64,000 nucleotides of DNA, from NCBI GenBank assembly GCA_965206845.1, contig OZ242221.1, forward strand, positions 480,001 to 544,000, read 5' to 3'. The notes under the pieces are model-generated. The model was not told the origin of the DNA, searched no databases, and worked only from the letters and a program-made list of their open reading frames with translations. Origin of the DNA: Cenarchaeum sp. Its GTDB lineage: Archaea > Thermoproteota > Nitrososphaeria > Nitrososphaerales > Nitrosopumilaceae. Below are positions 10,271 through 19,818 of the stretch, one piece after another (position 1 is the stretch's first letter; the number at the start of each line of letters is the position of its first letter). The position numbers and the translations under genes are program-made.

Positions 10271-12007
10271 ATGAGACCCGTCATGGCAGAGGCAGAGGCA
10301 GAGGCAGAGACAGCAGCAGCAACGGAGCAGGCGGATGCAACCCCAACAGCGGCATCCGCGGCGCCTCCGGAGCAAAAAAAGAAGTCAGGGCGCGCGAGGG
10401 AAGGCACCACGGTGCGCACCATAAAGGTGAACTTTGACCAGTCGGCCGAGCTGTCGGATCTCATATCCCGCCACATGGACCAGCAGAGGTGGGCATACAA
10501 CATGGCGGTGCGGGAGAAGCTGAAAGACCCGAGGACAACCAAGTTCGACCTCAACAACATGCTCACCAAATGGAGGGACGAGAGGGCGTGGCTCGTCCAT
10601 GACAAGGAGGCGCTGGCCGCGGGACGCAAGGAGGCCTGTGATACCAGGGTGCAGCGGGCCGGCCTCAGGCAGGGCCTCGACGCCGTGGATAAGTTCATGG
10701 CATCCAACGGGAAAAAGCGCCGCAACAAGTCCCTGTGGAAACACCTGGCCAGGCTCTATCGGGAAAGGGAGGGCATTGAGGATATCGACACCGCTCCCAA
10801 CCTGCCGTCCAACAAGTGGAGCATCAAGAGGAACAAATGGACCCGCAGGGACTCCCTGTTCAGCAGAAAGGGCGAGATGAAGTCCCTGACGGTCTTTGAG
10901 AAGCCCGTCTACAAGGGCAACAACATGGTGATGCTCCCCGGCATAGGTACCGTAAAAGTCCACGGCGACGTTGAGGATCTTGATATGCGCTCCTTCCAGC
11001 TCGTCGAGACGACAAAGAGGACCACAAAGCGCACCGAGGACCGCAACAGGACGTACCGGCTCCACATCCAGATCAGGATAAAGGCCCCAGAGCCGCCGGA
11101 ATCCGCGGTTATCAGGGGCGTCGACATGGGCATAGTGCACGGCGCCGCCACGGTGGATCTGGACACGGGCAGCCACGCGTTCCATGACCTCCCAAAGGAC
11201 TGCAGGAGGGCAAAGGATGATGACATATCGAAGATGTACTCCGAGCTCTCACAGAAACGCGGCGGGAGGGGCAACCGCAGGATCAGGCAGGACGCCAATG
11301 AAGGCGCGGATGGCGGAAACAGCGGTAGCGGCAGCAGCAACAACACGAGCGGCCACAACAGGAACAAAACAAGGAAGCCCAAGTCCAGAAGCTACAAGGA
11401 GCTCCAGAGGAAGATCAAGAATAAGCGCGAGAGGCTCGCCAACCGCCAGACCAACTGGGAGCGCCACGCCTCCAAGAGTATAGCGGACGGCGCCGGCACG
11501 GTGGCAATGGAGGACTTGGACCTCGTGAACATGACTGCAAGGGCCAAGGGCAAGGGAAGCTCGGCCAAGACGGGGCTCAACCGCGAGATGGCGTACTCAA
11601 GGCCCGGGACGTTCCAGAGGCTGATCAGGGGCGCCTGCGAGAACGCCGGAGTGGCCGTAATAATGGTGGACCCCAAGGGCACCAGCATCACATGCCACCA
11701 GTGCGGCCACAGGGACGAGAACTCCCGCGCGTCGCAGGCAAGGTTCCGGTGCACCAATGACAGATGTGAGAATGACGTCAACGCGGACATCAATGCCGCG
11801 TATAATATTGCCTCCAAGGCGGAAGCCGTGGCAGCAGGGCGGCCGGGAAGGTCGTCTGAAGGCGCGAGACACCAGCGCGGGATTGCTCCCGCGCGTTCCC
11901 CAGACAGGGCGCGAGAGCCAAGCGCCGGGGGGTTGCAAGAGCGCCAGCAAAAGGCATGGGTGCTGTACACTCATGTATATAATTCCCTAACGAAGGAACT
12001 ACTTTGA
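10271..12007 (+). CDS. tnpB: TnpB-like RNA-guided RuvC endonuclease (~578 aa)
   Basis: RWAYN helix, RuvC-I GVDMG, RuvC-II AMEDL, Zn finger CHQC..CTNDRC, Ruv[14 protein letters not shown]; TTTATA at 10241 supports ATG 10271 (ORF track starts 10019). Confidence 0.9.
   Translation: MRPVMAEAEAEAETAAATEQADATPTAASAAPPEQKKKSGRAREGTTVRTIKVNFDQSAELSDLISRHMDQQRWAYNMAVREKLKDPRTTKFDLNNMLTKWRDERAWLVHDKEALAAGRKEACDTRVQRAGLRQGLDAVDKFMASNGKKRRNKSLWKHLARLYREREGIEDIDTAPNLPSNKWSIKRNKWTRRDSLFSRKGEMKSLTVFEKPVYKGNNMVMLPGIGTVKVHGDVEDLDMRSFQLVETTKRTTKRTEDRNRTYRLHIQIRIKAPEPPESAVIRGVDMGIVHGAATVDLDTGSHAFHDLPKDCRRAKDDDISKMYSELSQKRGGRGNRRIRQDANEGADGGNSGSGSSNNTSGHNRNKTRKPKSRSYKELQRKIKNKRERLANRQTNWERHASKSIADGAGTVAMEDLDLVNMTARAKGKGSSAKTGLNREMAYSRPGTFQRLIRGACENAGVAVIMVDPKGTSITCHQCGHRDENSRASQARFRCTNDRCENDVNADINAAYNIASKAEAVAAGRPGRSSEGARHQRGIAPARSPDRAREPSAGGLQERQQKAWVLYTHVYNSLTKELL
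11835..11987 (+). ncRNA. Candidate omegaRNA/reRNA scaffold, copy 1
   Basis: ~150 nt near-identical between the two copies despite a frameshift; hairpins GCGCGGGA/TCCCGCGC, GGCGC/GCGCC, CATGGGTG/CACTCATG; position matches TnpB reRNA. Confidence 0.55.
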
Positions 12008-14110
12008 GAACTTGCCCCACTGGGCAAGTGCTGATGCCGCGGCGGCCCAGTCCCTCAGGTCGTCATACACCGGAACCCCCCTCTCCTCGATCATCTTGGA
12101 GACCTTGTTGGTGTATGGGCCCCCGTTTGCGCCCACCAGGAGCGGCTTCTTCCTGTTGGAGAACTCTGCCAAATAGTCTATGATGACCTCCCCGAGCGGA
12201 TCGTCCTGGAACACGAACCAGGGCATCACGACGTCAACGCCGGAGTCGCCCATGAACGTCTCGATCACAAACCTGTAGTCGTCTGCACTGGCGCCGCCGG
12301 TGACGTCAGCGGGGTTTCCGTTGCCTAGGACATAGGTGGGCGGAAAGTGATCCTTCATGCGCTTGAGGGACTTTGCGCTCACGCGGGCAAGCTTCAGGTT
12401 CAGCCTGTCAAAGTGATCCATGGCGCCGATCATGGGGCCTGCGCCGTTGCTGGTCATGGACACCCTGCTGCCCCTTGCCGGCGGCTGCCATGCCAAGGCT
12501 TTTGCGACTGCGGCCAGTTCCTGGTAGCTGTCAACGGAGATGATTCCCGCCTGCTTGAATGCGCCCATGATTATCGCGTTTGAGCCGCCCAGGGAGCCCG
12601 TATGGGATGCCGCCTGCTTTGCGCCCAGCGCCGTCCTCCCGCTCTTCCATATGACCACGGGCTTGTTCTTCTCCCGCATCACCCTCTTTGCCGTATTGAT
12701 GAACTTGCGGCCGTCGCCGAACCCCTCCACGTACAGGACGATCACCTCGGTCTGCGGATCGCTTGCCAGGTACCAGATCATGTCGGCCTCGTCGACGTCA
12801 GACCGGTTGCCGTAGCTGACCATCTTGGACAGGCCAAACGAGTCTGCGGTCTCGAGGAAGCTGATTCCCATCGTGCCGCTCTGGGAGAGCAGGGCCACAG
12901 GGCCCAGCCTGGAGCGGATCATTCTCTCCTGGCCCTGGAACGCGCAGTCAAGGCGGTTTGCCGCATTGAACATGCCGATGCAGTTTGGGCCGATTATCCG
13001 GATATTGTGCTTCTCTGAGAGGCGCTTTACCTGTGCCTCATAGTCAGCCCTCTTGCCGCCGAGCTCCTTGCCGCCGCCGGACACCACCACCACGTTGTGA
13101 ACCCCCTTCTTTGCACAGTCCTCAAGGACGGGCGGGGTCACTGAGAGGTCGACTGACACCACGACCAGATCCACAGGATCCGGTATGGCGGTAACCGAGG
13201 AATAGCACTTTAGATCGAATATCTTGTCGGCCTTTGGGTTGATCGGGTACACCTTTCCCTTGTAGTCGTAGTTTGCCAGGCTGTCCAGTATCGAGTTTCC
13301 GATCTTTCCCTTGGTGGTAGACGCGCCGACTAGCGCCACCGAGCTTGGCGTGAAGAACTTTTCCATGTGGTCTGCGTTGGGTTTTGCCCGGGAGACGGAG
13401 TTCTTCTTTATCTCCGGGTTCAGTATGATCTTGGCATCAACCACAAAGTGGGATCCCGGATAGACCACCACCGGGTTAAAGTCCACGCTGTTGATATAAT
13501 CTGCATTCTGCATGCCCATCTTTCCTATCCGGACCAGCATCTTTGCTGCCATGTCAAGGTCGATGGGCTCGCTTCCCCGGAATCCCTTGAGAAGTACCGA
13601 GCCCTTCAGCTCGTTTAGCATCGATTTGGCGTCAGAGGCGGTGATCGGAAGCATCCGAAACGCCACGTCCTTCATCACTTCGGTCATGATCCCGCCCATG
13701 CCCACCATGATTACGGGGCCGAACTGGGGATCGTTTTGCAGTCCGACGATGAGCTCGACGCCCTTGGGAACCATCTTCTCCAAAAGGATTCCCTTGACGT
13801 CAACGCCCTTTTGTTTTGAGAGCCTGCCGTACATGTCGTTGAAGGTCTTCTTCACGTCCTGTATCTTGCCTATGCCGACCTTGACTCCGCCGACCTCGGT
13901 CTTGTGCAGGATCTGCGGGGAGACCACCTTCATCACCAGGGGAAAGCCGATCTCCTTGGCCGCCCTTGCGGCCTCTGCCGCAGAGGTAACAAGGGCATAG
14001 GGCGGGACGCTCACGCCGTACTCGCGCAGGATTGACTTTGACAGCTCCTCTGTGATCACCTTGTGATCCGTGTTGATTACATCCTCAAAAATTTCTTTTA
14101 CCTTCGACAT
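11999..14110 (-). CDS. ADP-forming acyl-CoA ligase (likely 3-hydroxypropionate-CoA ligase)
   Basis: N-terminal ATP-grasp (HKTEVGGV), CoA-binding [25 protein letters not shown]. Confidence 0.88.
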   Translation of the reverse strand: MSKVKEIFEDVINTDHKVITEELSKSILREYGVSVPPYALVTSAAEAARAAKEIGFPLVMKVVSPQILHKTEVGGVKVGIGKIQDVKKTFNDMYGRLSKQKGVDVKGILLEKMVPKGVELIVGLQNDPQFGPVIMVGMGGIMTEVMKDVAFRMLPITASDAKSMLNELKGSVLLKGFRGSEPIDLDMAAKMLVRIGKMGMQNADYINSVDFNPVVVYPGSHFVVDAKIILNPEIKKNSVSRAKPNADHMEKFFTPSSVALVGASTTKGKIGNSILDSLANYDYKGKVYPINPKADKIFDLKCYSSVTAIPDPVDLVVVSVDLSVTPPVLEDCAKKGVHNVVVVSGGGKELGGKRADYEAQVKRLSEKHNIRIIGPNCIGMFNAANRLDCAFQGQERMIRSRLGPVALLSQSGTMGISFLETADSFGLSKMVSYGNRSDVDEADMIWYLASDPQTEVIVLYVEGFGDGRKFINTAKRVMREKNKPVVIWKSGRTALGAKQAASHTGSLGGSNAIIMGAFKQAGIISVDSYQELAAVAKALAWQPPARGSRVSMTSNGAGPMIGAMDHFDRLNLKLARVSAKSLKRMKDHFPPTYVLGNGNPADVTGGASADDYRFVIETFMGDSGVDVVMPWFVFQDDPLGEVIIDYLAEFSNRKKPLLVGANGGPYTNKVSKMIEERGVPVYDDLRDWAAAASALAQWGKFSK

Positions 14111-14280
14111 CAGTCAACCGTTCAAAAAAATCAGTCTGTATATTAAACTTGGGGATAGGCGGTTGCGGCGGCGGGCGCGGGTGCCAGGTGCAGGAGGGAC
14201 CGCCGCGGCGCCAGAAAGGGGATCGGGTCCTGTTGCCCGGGCATTGTGGCTCCCGGCGTGGCAGGCGGCCCCGCGCTGGT

Positions 14281-14601
14281 CTAGGAGGGATCCGGATTCA
14301 GCAGGGGGAACTTTTTTGCCGCGGCCCTCTGGTATACCGAGAACGTGTCTGGCATCTCGGAGCACTTTCTGCATATGCAGATATCAGACACCGACTCGAT
14401 GTCGCAGTCGTCCCGGAACTCGCACATGCCGCAGCCCGCAGGCCCGCCGCACACGATGCACGCAAGCGCCTTAGCCTGCACGCACCCCTCGTGCCGGACG
14501 CCCACGCCACGCGCCCACATTCCCGTCTCGTTTGCGTTGACCTTCTCGCCGCACACCACGCAGTCGCCGGGAAACCTGATGGTCATCCTAACCCAGCTCA
14601 C
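14281..14601 (-). CDS. Cys-rich zinc-binding hypothetical protein
   Basis: GTG overlapping the rfcL stop (GTGA); CVVC..H..C..CIVC..CGMC..C..CICRKC. Confidence 0.7.
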   Translation of the reverse strand: MSWVRMTIRFPGDCVVCGEKVNANETGMWARGVGVRHEGCVQAKALACIVCGGPAGCGMCEFRDDCDIESVSDICICRKCSEMPDTFSVYQRAAAKKFPLLNPDPS

Positions 14602-15755
14602 GCCCTTGCCATCTCCTTTCTTAGCGCGGACTCGTGGGACTCGTCCAGCCCAAGATCCAGGTGCCCGCCCTTCATCATGTGCAGCATGTATGGCAGGCAG
14701 AGAGTGGCGATGGTGCTGCGGGACGTGTGCATCGCCTCTGCCAGGATGCCGGAGACCGACCTTAGCTTCTTGCCGTCCCATATGATCCGGTTCAGGACGG
14801 GCCAGGAGAGGTTGTACTTTGCGTACCCTATGTTTGTGCCGGGCAGGTACACCCTGAGCAGTATCTCGTTGAGGTACCGCAGCAGGCGCCACTGCTGCGT
14901 TCGGATTATCCTGCCATACAGCATGTCGGCCTCGGAGATCGCCTGCAGCATCGTGCTCCGGGCCTCGGGCCCGATGCCTGCCATCACGATGCTGGAGTAG
15001 AAGGCGTTTATCTTCTCCCGCGGGTCAGAGCCTATCGAGTACAGGATGCGCCGCGCCTCCTCGACGGACTCGGCCTTGAAGAAGGCGGCAACTCCCGCCT
15101 CTACGTTTAGTGTTCCGTGCGACTTGCCGGTATCGGGGGTGAATCCCGTCTCCAGGGACTGGGCCAGGTTCATCATGGAGCGTATGTCGCCTCCGGACCT
15201 GTTGATTACCTGTATGATCGAGCCCGGGCCGAGCTCTGCATTCTCTTTCTTCAGTATGCCCCGCAGGTAGACGCGGAGCAGTCGCGGCGACAGCTTCTTG
15301 AAGTAGACCGTGGTTACGGCCTTTTTGATGCCCCTCATCTTGTTTGAGGCGTCCGAGTTTGCCGCCAGTATGATCGGCACCACCGGGTTCTTTAGTATCT
15401 TGATCAGCGCCTCGGCGCCGCCAAAGTCTGACCGGCCATGGATTCCGTCGACCTCGTCGATGAATATCAGCGGGGATCCGAGGATGCCGACGTTTCCCAG
15501 CACCGGTTCGAGGATCTCGCTGATCTTTGACTTGCTCCTGACGTCGCTTGCATTGAGGCCGATCATGTCATACCCAAACTGCGGCGCGACCAAGTTTGCA
15601 ACGGTGGTCTTGCCCGTTCCAGGCGGCCCCACAAGAAGAATGGGCCTTGTTCCCTTCTTCCATTTTGCAAGCCATCCGACCAGAGTGGCCCGGGCCTCCT
15701 CGTTTCCGACCATGCCAGAGACAGAGCCCGGCCGGTGCTTCTCAGACCACATCAC
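14598..15755 (-). CDS. rfcL: Replication factor C large subunit
   Basis: WSEKHRP, GPPGTGKTT, LNASDVR, IDEVDG, GDIRS. Confidence 0.92.
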   Translation of the reverse strand: MMWSEKHRPGSVSGMVGNEEARATLVGWLAKWKKGTRPILLVGPPGTGKTTVANLVAPQFGYDMIGLNASDVRSKSKISEILEPVLGNVGILGSPLIFIDEVDGIHGRSDFGGAEALIKILKNPVVPIILAANSDASNKMRGIKKAVTTVYFKKLSPRLLRVYLRGILKKENAELGPGSIIQVINRSGGDIRSMMNLAQSLETGFTPDTGKSHGTLNVEAGVAAFFKAESVEEARRILYSIGSDPREKINAFYSSIVMAGIGPEARSTMLQAISEADMLYGRIIRTQQWRLLRYLNEILLRVYLPGTNIGYAKYNLSWPVLNRIIWDGKKLRSVSGILAEAMHTSRSTIATLCLPYMLHMMKGGHLDLGLDESHESALRKEMARA

Positions 15756-15761
15756 GGCACA

Positions 15762-16877
15762 TCACCGCGGGAGGCCGGACTCGAACCTGGACCAGAGGTT
15801 GGCCTTTGCGAGTTTTTTGTGCCAGAACCGGTTGTAGTGGTCCACGGTAAGAAACAGAAACTCCAGAAACTCCCGGTGGGAGAACCCGTCCGGCAGAAGA
15901 TCCAGCGCCAGCCTGGCGTCCTGCAGGTACAGCTCGCTCTTTTGCAGGGTGGTGTCAAACCCCTTCCTCACGTCGCCGGCAAGGAGCGAGTAGTAGAGCG
16001 GCCAGGACGGAACCTTGACCATGCCGTTCTTTATCGAGTCCTCGATCTCGTTTCCGCAGCCCACGCCCTCGGCCGCACGGGCCATTCCGAGGTAGAATAT
16101 CTCCCCCAGGGGCCTCTCCGCCAGGGCCATGTTGCGGCCGGCAGTCCCCATGACGGCGCGGTACTTTTTGTAGCAATAGTCCATCTCCTCCTCGGTGATC
16201 GAGGTGGGCCGTGACTTGAGCAGGGCATCCATGCGCTGGCCGTCCAGGGCGTCCCTGAACCCCTCCTCAAACGCCTTTAGCACCTGCGGGCCGCCCCGGG
16301 ATATCCTGTCCCTGGCCAGCACCAGTATGTATGGAACCATGAGCTTGTAGTCGTCGAGGTACTCCAGATCCTCGTCCCGGTCCACTATACGATCCATGGG
16401 CTCGCTCAGGTCTATCGCCATTATGTGGCCGTCCACCATGTCCTGCCTCATCTGGGCATCCTGCTCGCCTGCGTGCCCGGCGGCCGCGTCATACAGCGCG
16501 TTGAATACGGGAAACGTCATCTTGACAAAGTTGGAGTTTAGTATCCGCATTACGCGATCCTGCATCACGTCCGCGCTCTCCAGCTTTGATCTTATCGATG
16601 CGGCCTCTGATGCCGGCAGCGCCATCTCAGAGGAGCCGATCTCGTCTGCAAAGACCTGCTGCGTGTGGCCCGGGTTGGGGTCTGCCTTGATCGCCTTTAG
16701 CAGGTCTGACGCAAACCGCCTGGCAAACTCTGGAAACTCGCGCTCTGCCTCCTCCTTGTATCTGGTAAACAGCTTGAAGCCCTTTGACTTGAAGAGCCCC
16801 TGCCGCAGGATCTGCTTTCCCGGCTTTGTGCTTGCCAGGGCCTCACGACTGACCACAGACGGATCTTTTCCGCTCAC
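15762..16877 (-). CDS. Hypothetical protein (371 aa)
   Basis: Long ORF co-oriented with and 6 bp upstream of rfcL; no family recognised. Confidence 0.75.
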   Translation of the reverse strand: MSGKDPSVVSREALASTKPGKQILRQGLFKSKGFKLFTRYKEEAEREFPEFARRFASDLLKAIKADPNPGHTQQVFADEIGSSEMALPASEAASIRSKLESADVMQDRVMRILNSNFVKMTFPVFNALYDAAAGHAGEQDAQMRQDMVDGHIMAIDLSEPMDRIVDRDEDLEYLDDYKLMVPYILVLARDRISRGGPQVLKAFEEGFRDALDGQRMDALLKSRPTSITEEEMDYCYKKYRAVMGTAGRNMALAERPLGEIFYLGMARAAEGVGCGNEIEDSIKNGMVKVPSWPLYYSLLAGDVRKGFDTTLQKSELYLQDARLALDLLPDGFSHREFLEFLFLTVDHYNRFWHKKLAKANLWSRFESGLPR

Positions 16878-16947
16878 ACAGCCTCAGATGCCAGCTTGTT
16901 ATTTATGCGTTCGATGTTCCTTGACTTAAATAACAAGGGACGGGAAA

Positions 16948-17757
16948 TTGTCCGTGGAGACTGTGGAGATCCTGCGGGAGGCGGCCGCAAGGGTGTATGA
17001 GAATGTCCGGGGCATGGCCGGCACCGCGGATGCCGCAGGCGATTTTGGAGTGGGTGCCGGGGGGGACATCTCCCGGAGAATAGACATAGTTGCAGAGAAG
17101 ACCGTACTGGACTGCCTCAGGGAGAGGAATCTTGACTGCACGGTCCTGGGCGAGGAGTGCGGGCGCGTCAGGCTGTCAGAGAGTCCCAATGGTTTTGTGA
17201 TCATGGACGCGATAGACGGCTCGGCCAACGCCGTAAGGGGCGTGCCGTTCTTCTGCTGCTCCCTTGCCTTTGCCACACACGACAGGCTCAGCTCCATAAC
17301 GGATGCGGTCGTGGCAGACCTGACAAACGGCGACCAGTACTGGGCATCGGAGGGGAAGGGCGCGTATCTCAACGAGGAGCGAATCCGGACTCACGGCGCC
17401 GATCCGATCTACAGGATTGTGGGCATAAGCACGTCGGGCCTCATGCCGGGCACGATGGAGAGGCTGCAGCCCGTCTTTGAGCAGTGCAACCACACCCGGC
17501 ACTTTGGGGCAAACGCCCTAGAGATGTCCATGGTGGCATCGGGCCTGATGGACATCCTCATAGATCTGAGGTGCAAGATAAGGGTGCTGGATCTGGCTGC
17601 AGGGTACCTCATAGTAAGGGAAGCCGGCGGGCTTGTGCTGGACGGGAACCTGGATCCCCTGGACTCGGATCTCGAGTACACCACCAAGCTGTCCTTCTTT
17701 GCTACGGCAAACCGGAAGATCCTGGACGACATCATGGCGCAGATAAACCGGCAGTAG
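16948..17757 (+). CDS. Inositol monophosphatase / FBPase family protein
   Basis: GAGGD, D.VAE, GEE, DAIDGSAN, DLAAG.LIV.EAGG. Confidence 0.9.
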   Translation: MSVETVEILREAAARVYENVRGMAGTADAAGDFGVGAGGDISRRIDIVAEKTVLDCLRERNLDCTVLGEECGRVRLSESPNGFVIMDAIDGSANAVRGVPFFCCSLAFATHDRLSSITDAVVADLTNGDQYWASEGKGAYLNEERIRTHGADPIYRIVGISTSGLMPGTMERLQPVFEQCNHTRHFGANALEMSMVASGLMDILIDLRCKIRVLDLAAGYLIVREAGGLVLDGNLDPLDSDLEYTTKLSFFATANRKILDDIMAQINRQ

Positions 17758-17765
17758 AGTAATTG

Positions 17766-17843
17766 TGGCGCCCTTGGCGGGATTTGAACTCGCGTCTCAG
17801 CCGTGACAGGGCCGAATTCTGGACCTGGCTATACTACAAGGGC
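17766..17843 (-). tRNA. tRNA-Asp(GTC)
   Basis: rc GCCCTTG..CT-GTC-AC..GTTCAAATCC..CAAGGGC-G-CCA; cloverleaf with encoded CCA. Confidence 0.95.
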
Positions 17844-18118
17844 TCAAAATATCCCCGTAACGATTCAAGTTTAAAGTTTTCCCAACATGCCCGCCCTAGG
17901 CTTGGGATTTGCCGGTGCGCACCAGCATCCAAGCAGAGACTGAGCCGACCTTGTGTGAAGGACTGTGCCATCAGATTCGTGCCCGCGGGATCCGGACACG
18001 GTGCCACGCCTTCAGGAATGCATCCGCAAATGTGTCACGACAGGCTCGGACACTGGCAGGCAAGATGCGCGCCAGGCCGGGTAAGAGATCCAGACAGCAT
18101 AAAAGGTCATGGGCCGCC

Positions 18119-18280
18119 CTACAGATCAAATATCTGATTGCACGCGGCACACTTTGCCTTCTCTTGTCCGGTCTGCCCTATGACGAATATGCGGCCGATT
18201 GTGTTGCACATTGGGCACATTCCCGTAGTCACGTTCTTTGGCCCTGTTCTGATAATCTTCTGGGTCTTTCGTCGTCCCAT
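18119..18280 (-). CDS. Small zinc-ribbon protein (53 aa, below ORF-track cutoff)
   Basis: MGRRKTQKIIRTGPKNVTTGMCPMC...KCAACNQIFDL; TATA-like ttaatata ~25 bp upstream. Confidence 0.7.
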   Translation of the reverse strand: MGRRKTQKIIRTGPKNVTTGMCPMCNTIGRIFVIGQTGQEKAKCAACNQIFDL

Positions 18281-18336
18281 GGACACCATGGCACATCTAG
18301 ATTATATTAACTCTAAGCTGAAGCGGGGAACAGATA

Positions 18337-18423
18337 TGGCGCGGGGAGGGGGATTCGAACCCCCGTGTCCTTGCGAACATGGGATTAGCAATCCCACGCC
18401 CTACCAGGCTAGGCGATCCCCGC
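18337..18423 (-). tRNA. tRNA-Ser(GCT)
   Basis: rc GCGGGGA..GGGA-TT-GCT-AA-TCCC, long variable arm, GGTTCGAATCCC, CCA. Confidence 0.95.
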
Positions 18424-18456
18424 ACACAACTGCCTGAATTGCATCTGTAAATAAAT

Positions 18457-19203
18457 TCACTCTTCGCCAAAGCGGGTATAGTTTCGGACGATGTCCTCGA
18501 TGGGCATCCGCTCACCGCCCACAATCTTCAGGTCCACCTGGATCTTCCTGTCCTCGACGGTCACTATGTTGTAGGTGTTAGCAAAGAGGCCGCGGACGCG
18601 CTTGGACGTGGCGGTTCCGGCGTTGACGATCTCCAGGCTGCCAAAGTTCCATATCCAGGGCCGGTGCTTGTGGCCGCAGAGGACCAGGTCCACGTCGGTG
18701 GCAAGTATGGTCCGGAGCACGTCGCCGGCATCGATCACCGTCACCATGTTCGAGCCCGTGTCTGGTATCTCGATCAGGTGGTGGTGCATCGCCACTATCT
18801 TGACGCGATCAGAATGTTCCCTCATGGTCCGCTCAAGCCAGAGGTTCTGCCTGTACCCCACCTCGCCCTGGTTGCGGTCTGGCCTGGCGGTCCCCAGCGT
18901 CACCAGCACCACGCCGCCGCCCAGATTGTTTACGCTGTTGAACGGAAAGTACTTTTTGAAGACCAGGTAGCCGGTGTTCCTGTAGTCGTGGTTTCCGCTC
19001 ATCGGTATGATCTTCTTTGCGTTAAACCTGGACACGAGATCCCGCGCCATCTCGTACTCCTCGATGAGCCCCTCGTTTGTGAGGTCGCCGGTAATCACTA
19101 TTGCGTCCGGCTCAAGCCCGTTCACCTCGTCCACAACCCTGTCAAAGACATGCGGCTGGAACTGGGATCCCACATGGATGTCGGACAGCTGCACCAGCAT
19201 CAT
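18457..19203 (-). CDS. Metallophosphoesterase (Icc/CpdA-like)
   Basis: SDIH, TGDLT, GNHD, MHHH, CGHKH. Confidence 0.9.
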   Translation of the reverse strand: MMLVQLSDIHVGSQFQPHVFDRVVDEVNGLEPDAIVITGDLTNEGLIEEYEMARDLVSRFNAKKIIPMSGNHDYRNTGYLVFKKYFPFNSVNNLGGGVVLVTLGTARPDRNQGEVGYRQNLWLERTMREHSDRVKIVAMHHHLIEIPDTGSNMVTVIDAGDVLRTILATDVDLVLCGHKHRPWIWNFGSLEIVNAGTATSKRVRGLFANTYNIVTVEDRKIQVDLKIVGGERMPIEDIVRNYTRFGEE

Positions 19204-19818
19204 TACAGCACGATCGTCCACAGCGTTAATAAGTTCAGTCTAAATGGAGGCTGTGTCCTATGAATAAAAGCCACCACTCCCTGCATGGTGACTGAGGCAC
19301 CGGGCCCAAGCCTCCCGGCCCCGCGCAGAATCAAGCGGTCATCGCCGTCTGACCGTGCAATGTAACGACATTGCAAGCCCTCCATGGCATGCGTAACCGG
19401 GGCACCTAAAACACACGACATGCGCGGTGCGTAAAATTCCTCACCGCCGGCACAAAAAATTACCCTCGACATGGCGTGGCACGTTATTTAGCTTCATGAA
19501 ACCGATCAGTTACATAAGGTTCCTTTTTTTTTATCCCGCTGTCCGTGATGCCATAACAGGCCGCCCGTGTCTGGGAGCATCGTTTGAGCCAAACCTGTAG
19601 ATTCTGCACAGGTCGATCTATTTTTGCCGTCCGACGGCGCATCTGCCGGACTGGTCTCATGTTGACGCGGCAATGGCCGTCAAGAGTGCAGGATATCCCC
19701 GCCATCATGCAGTCCCGGCTTGCCGCCACTGGGGGCCGGGCACTGGTGCAGGTATTCCGGACTTGAGGACACGCAGTCTAGGTAGGTATAATAGTGCCTG
19801 CTGGTCTTTTAAAGTTAA

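Larger units (their letters stand above)
9344..11987 (+). mobile_element. TIR/TSD-bounded TnpB-carrying element, copy 1 (non-autonomous, DDE-type ends)
   Basis: Left end GGAAATTATATAGTTAAGTGAAC, right end (rc) GGGAATTATATACATGAGTGTAC; 8-bp TSD TAACGAAG at 9336-9343 and 11988-11995; same ends as element 34372-36200. Confidence 0.9.

Noticed and set aside
9344-11987. Type V CRISPR effector (Cas12f/Cas14)
   Set aside because: No array, cas1/cas2/cas4 or tracr-like repeats adjacent; the context is a transposon
19249-19775. IS5-derived MITE starting GGCTGTGTCCTA at 19249
   Set aside because: The left end matches the IS5 TIR but there is no clear partner end or TSD; at most a solo end
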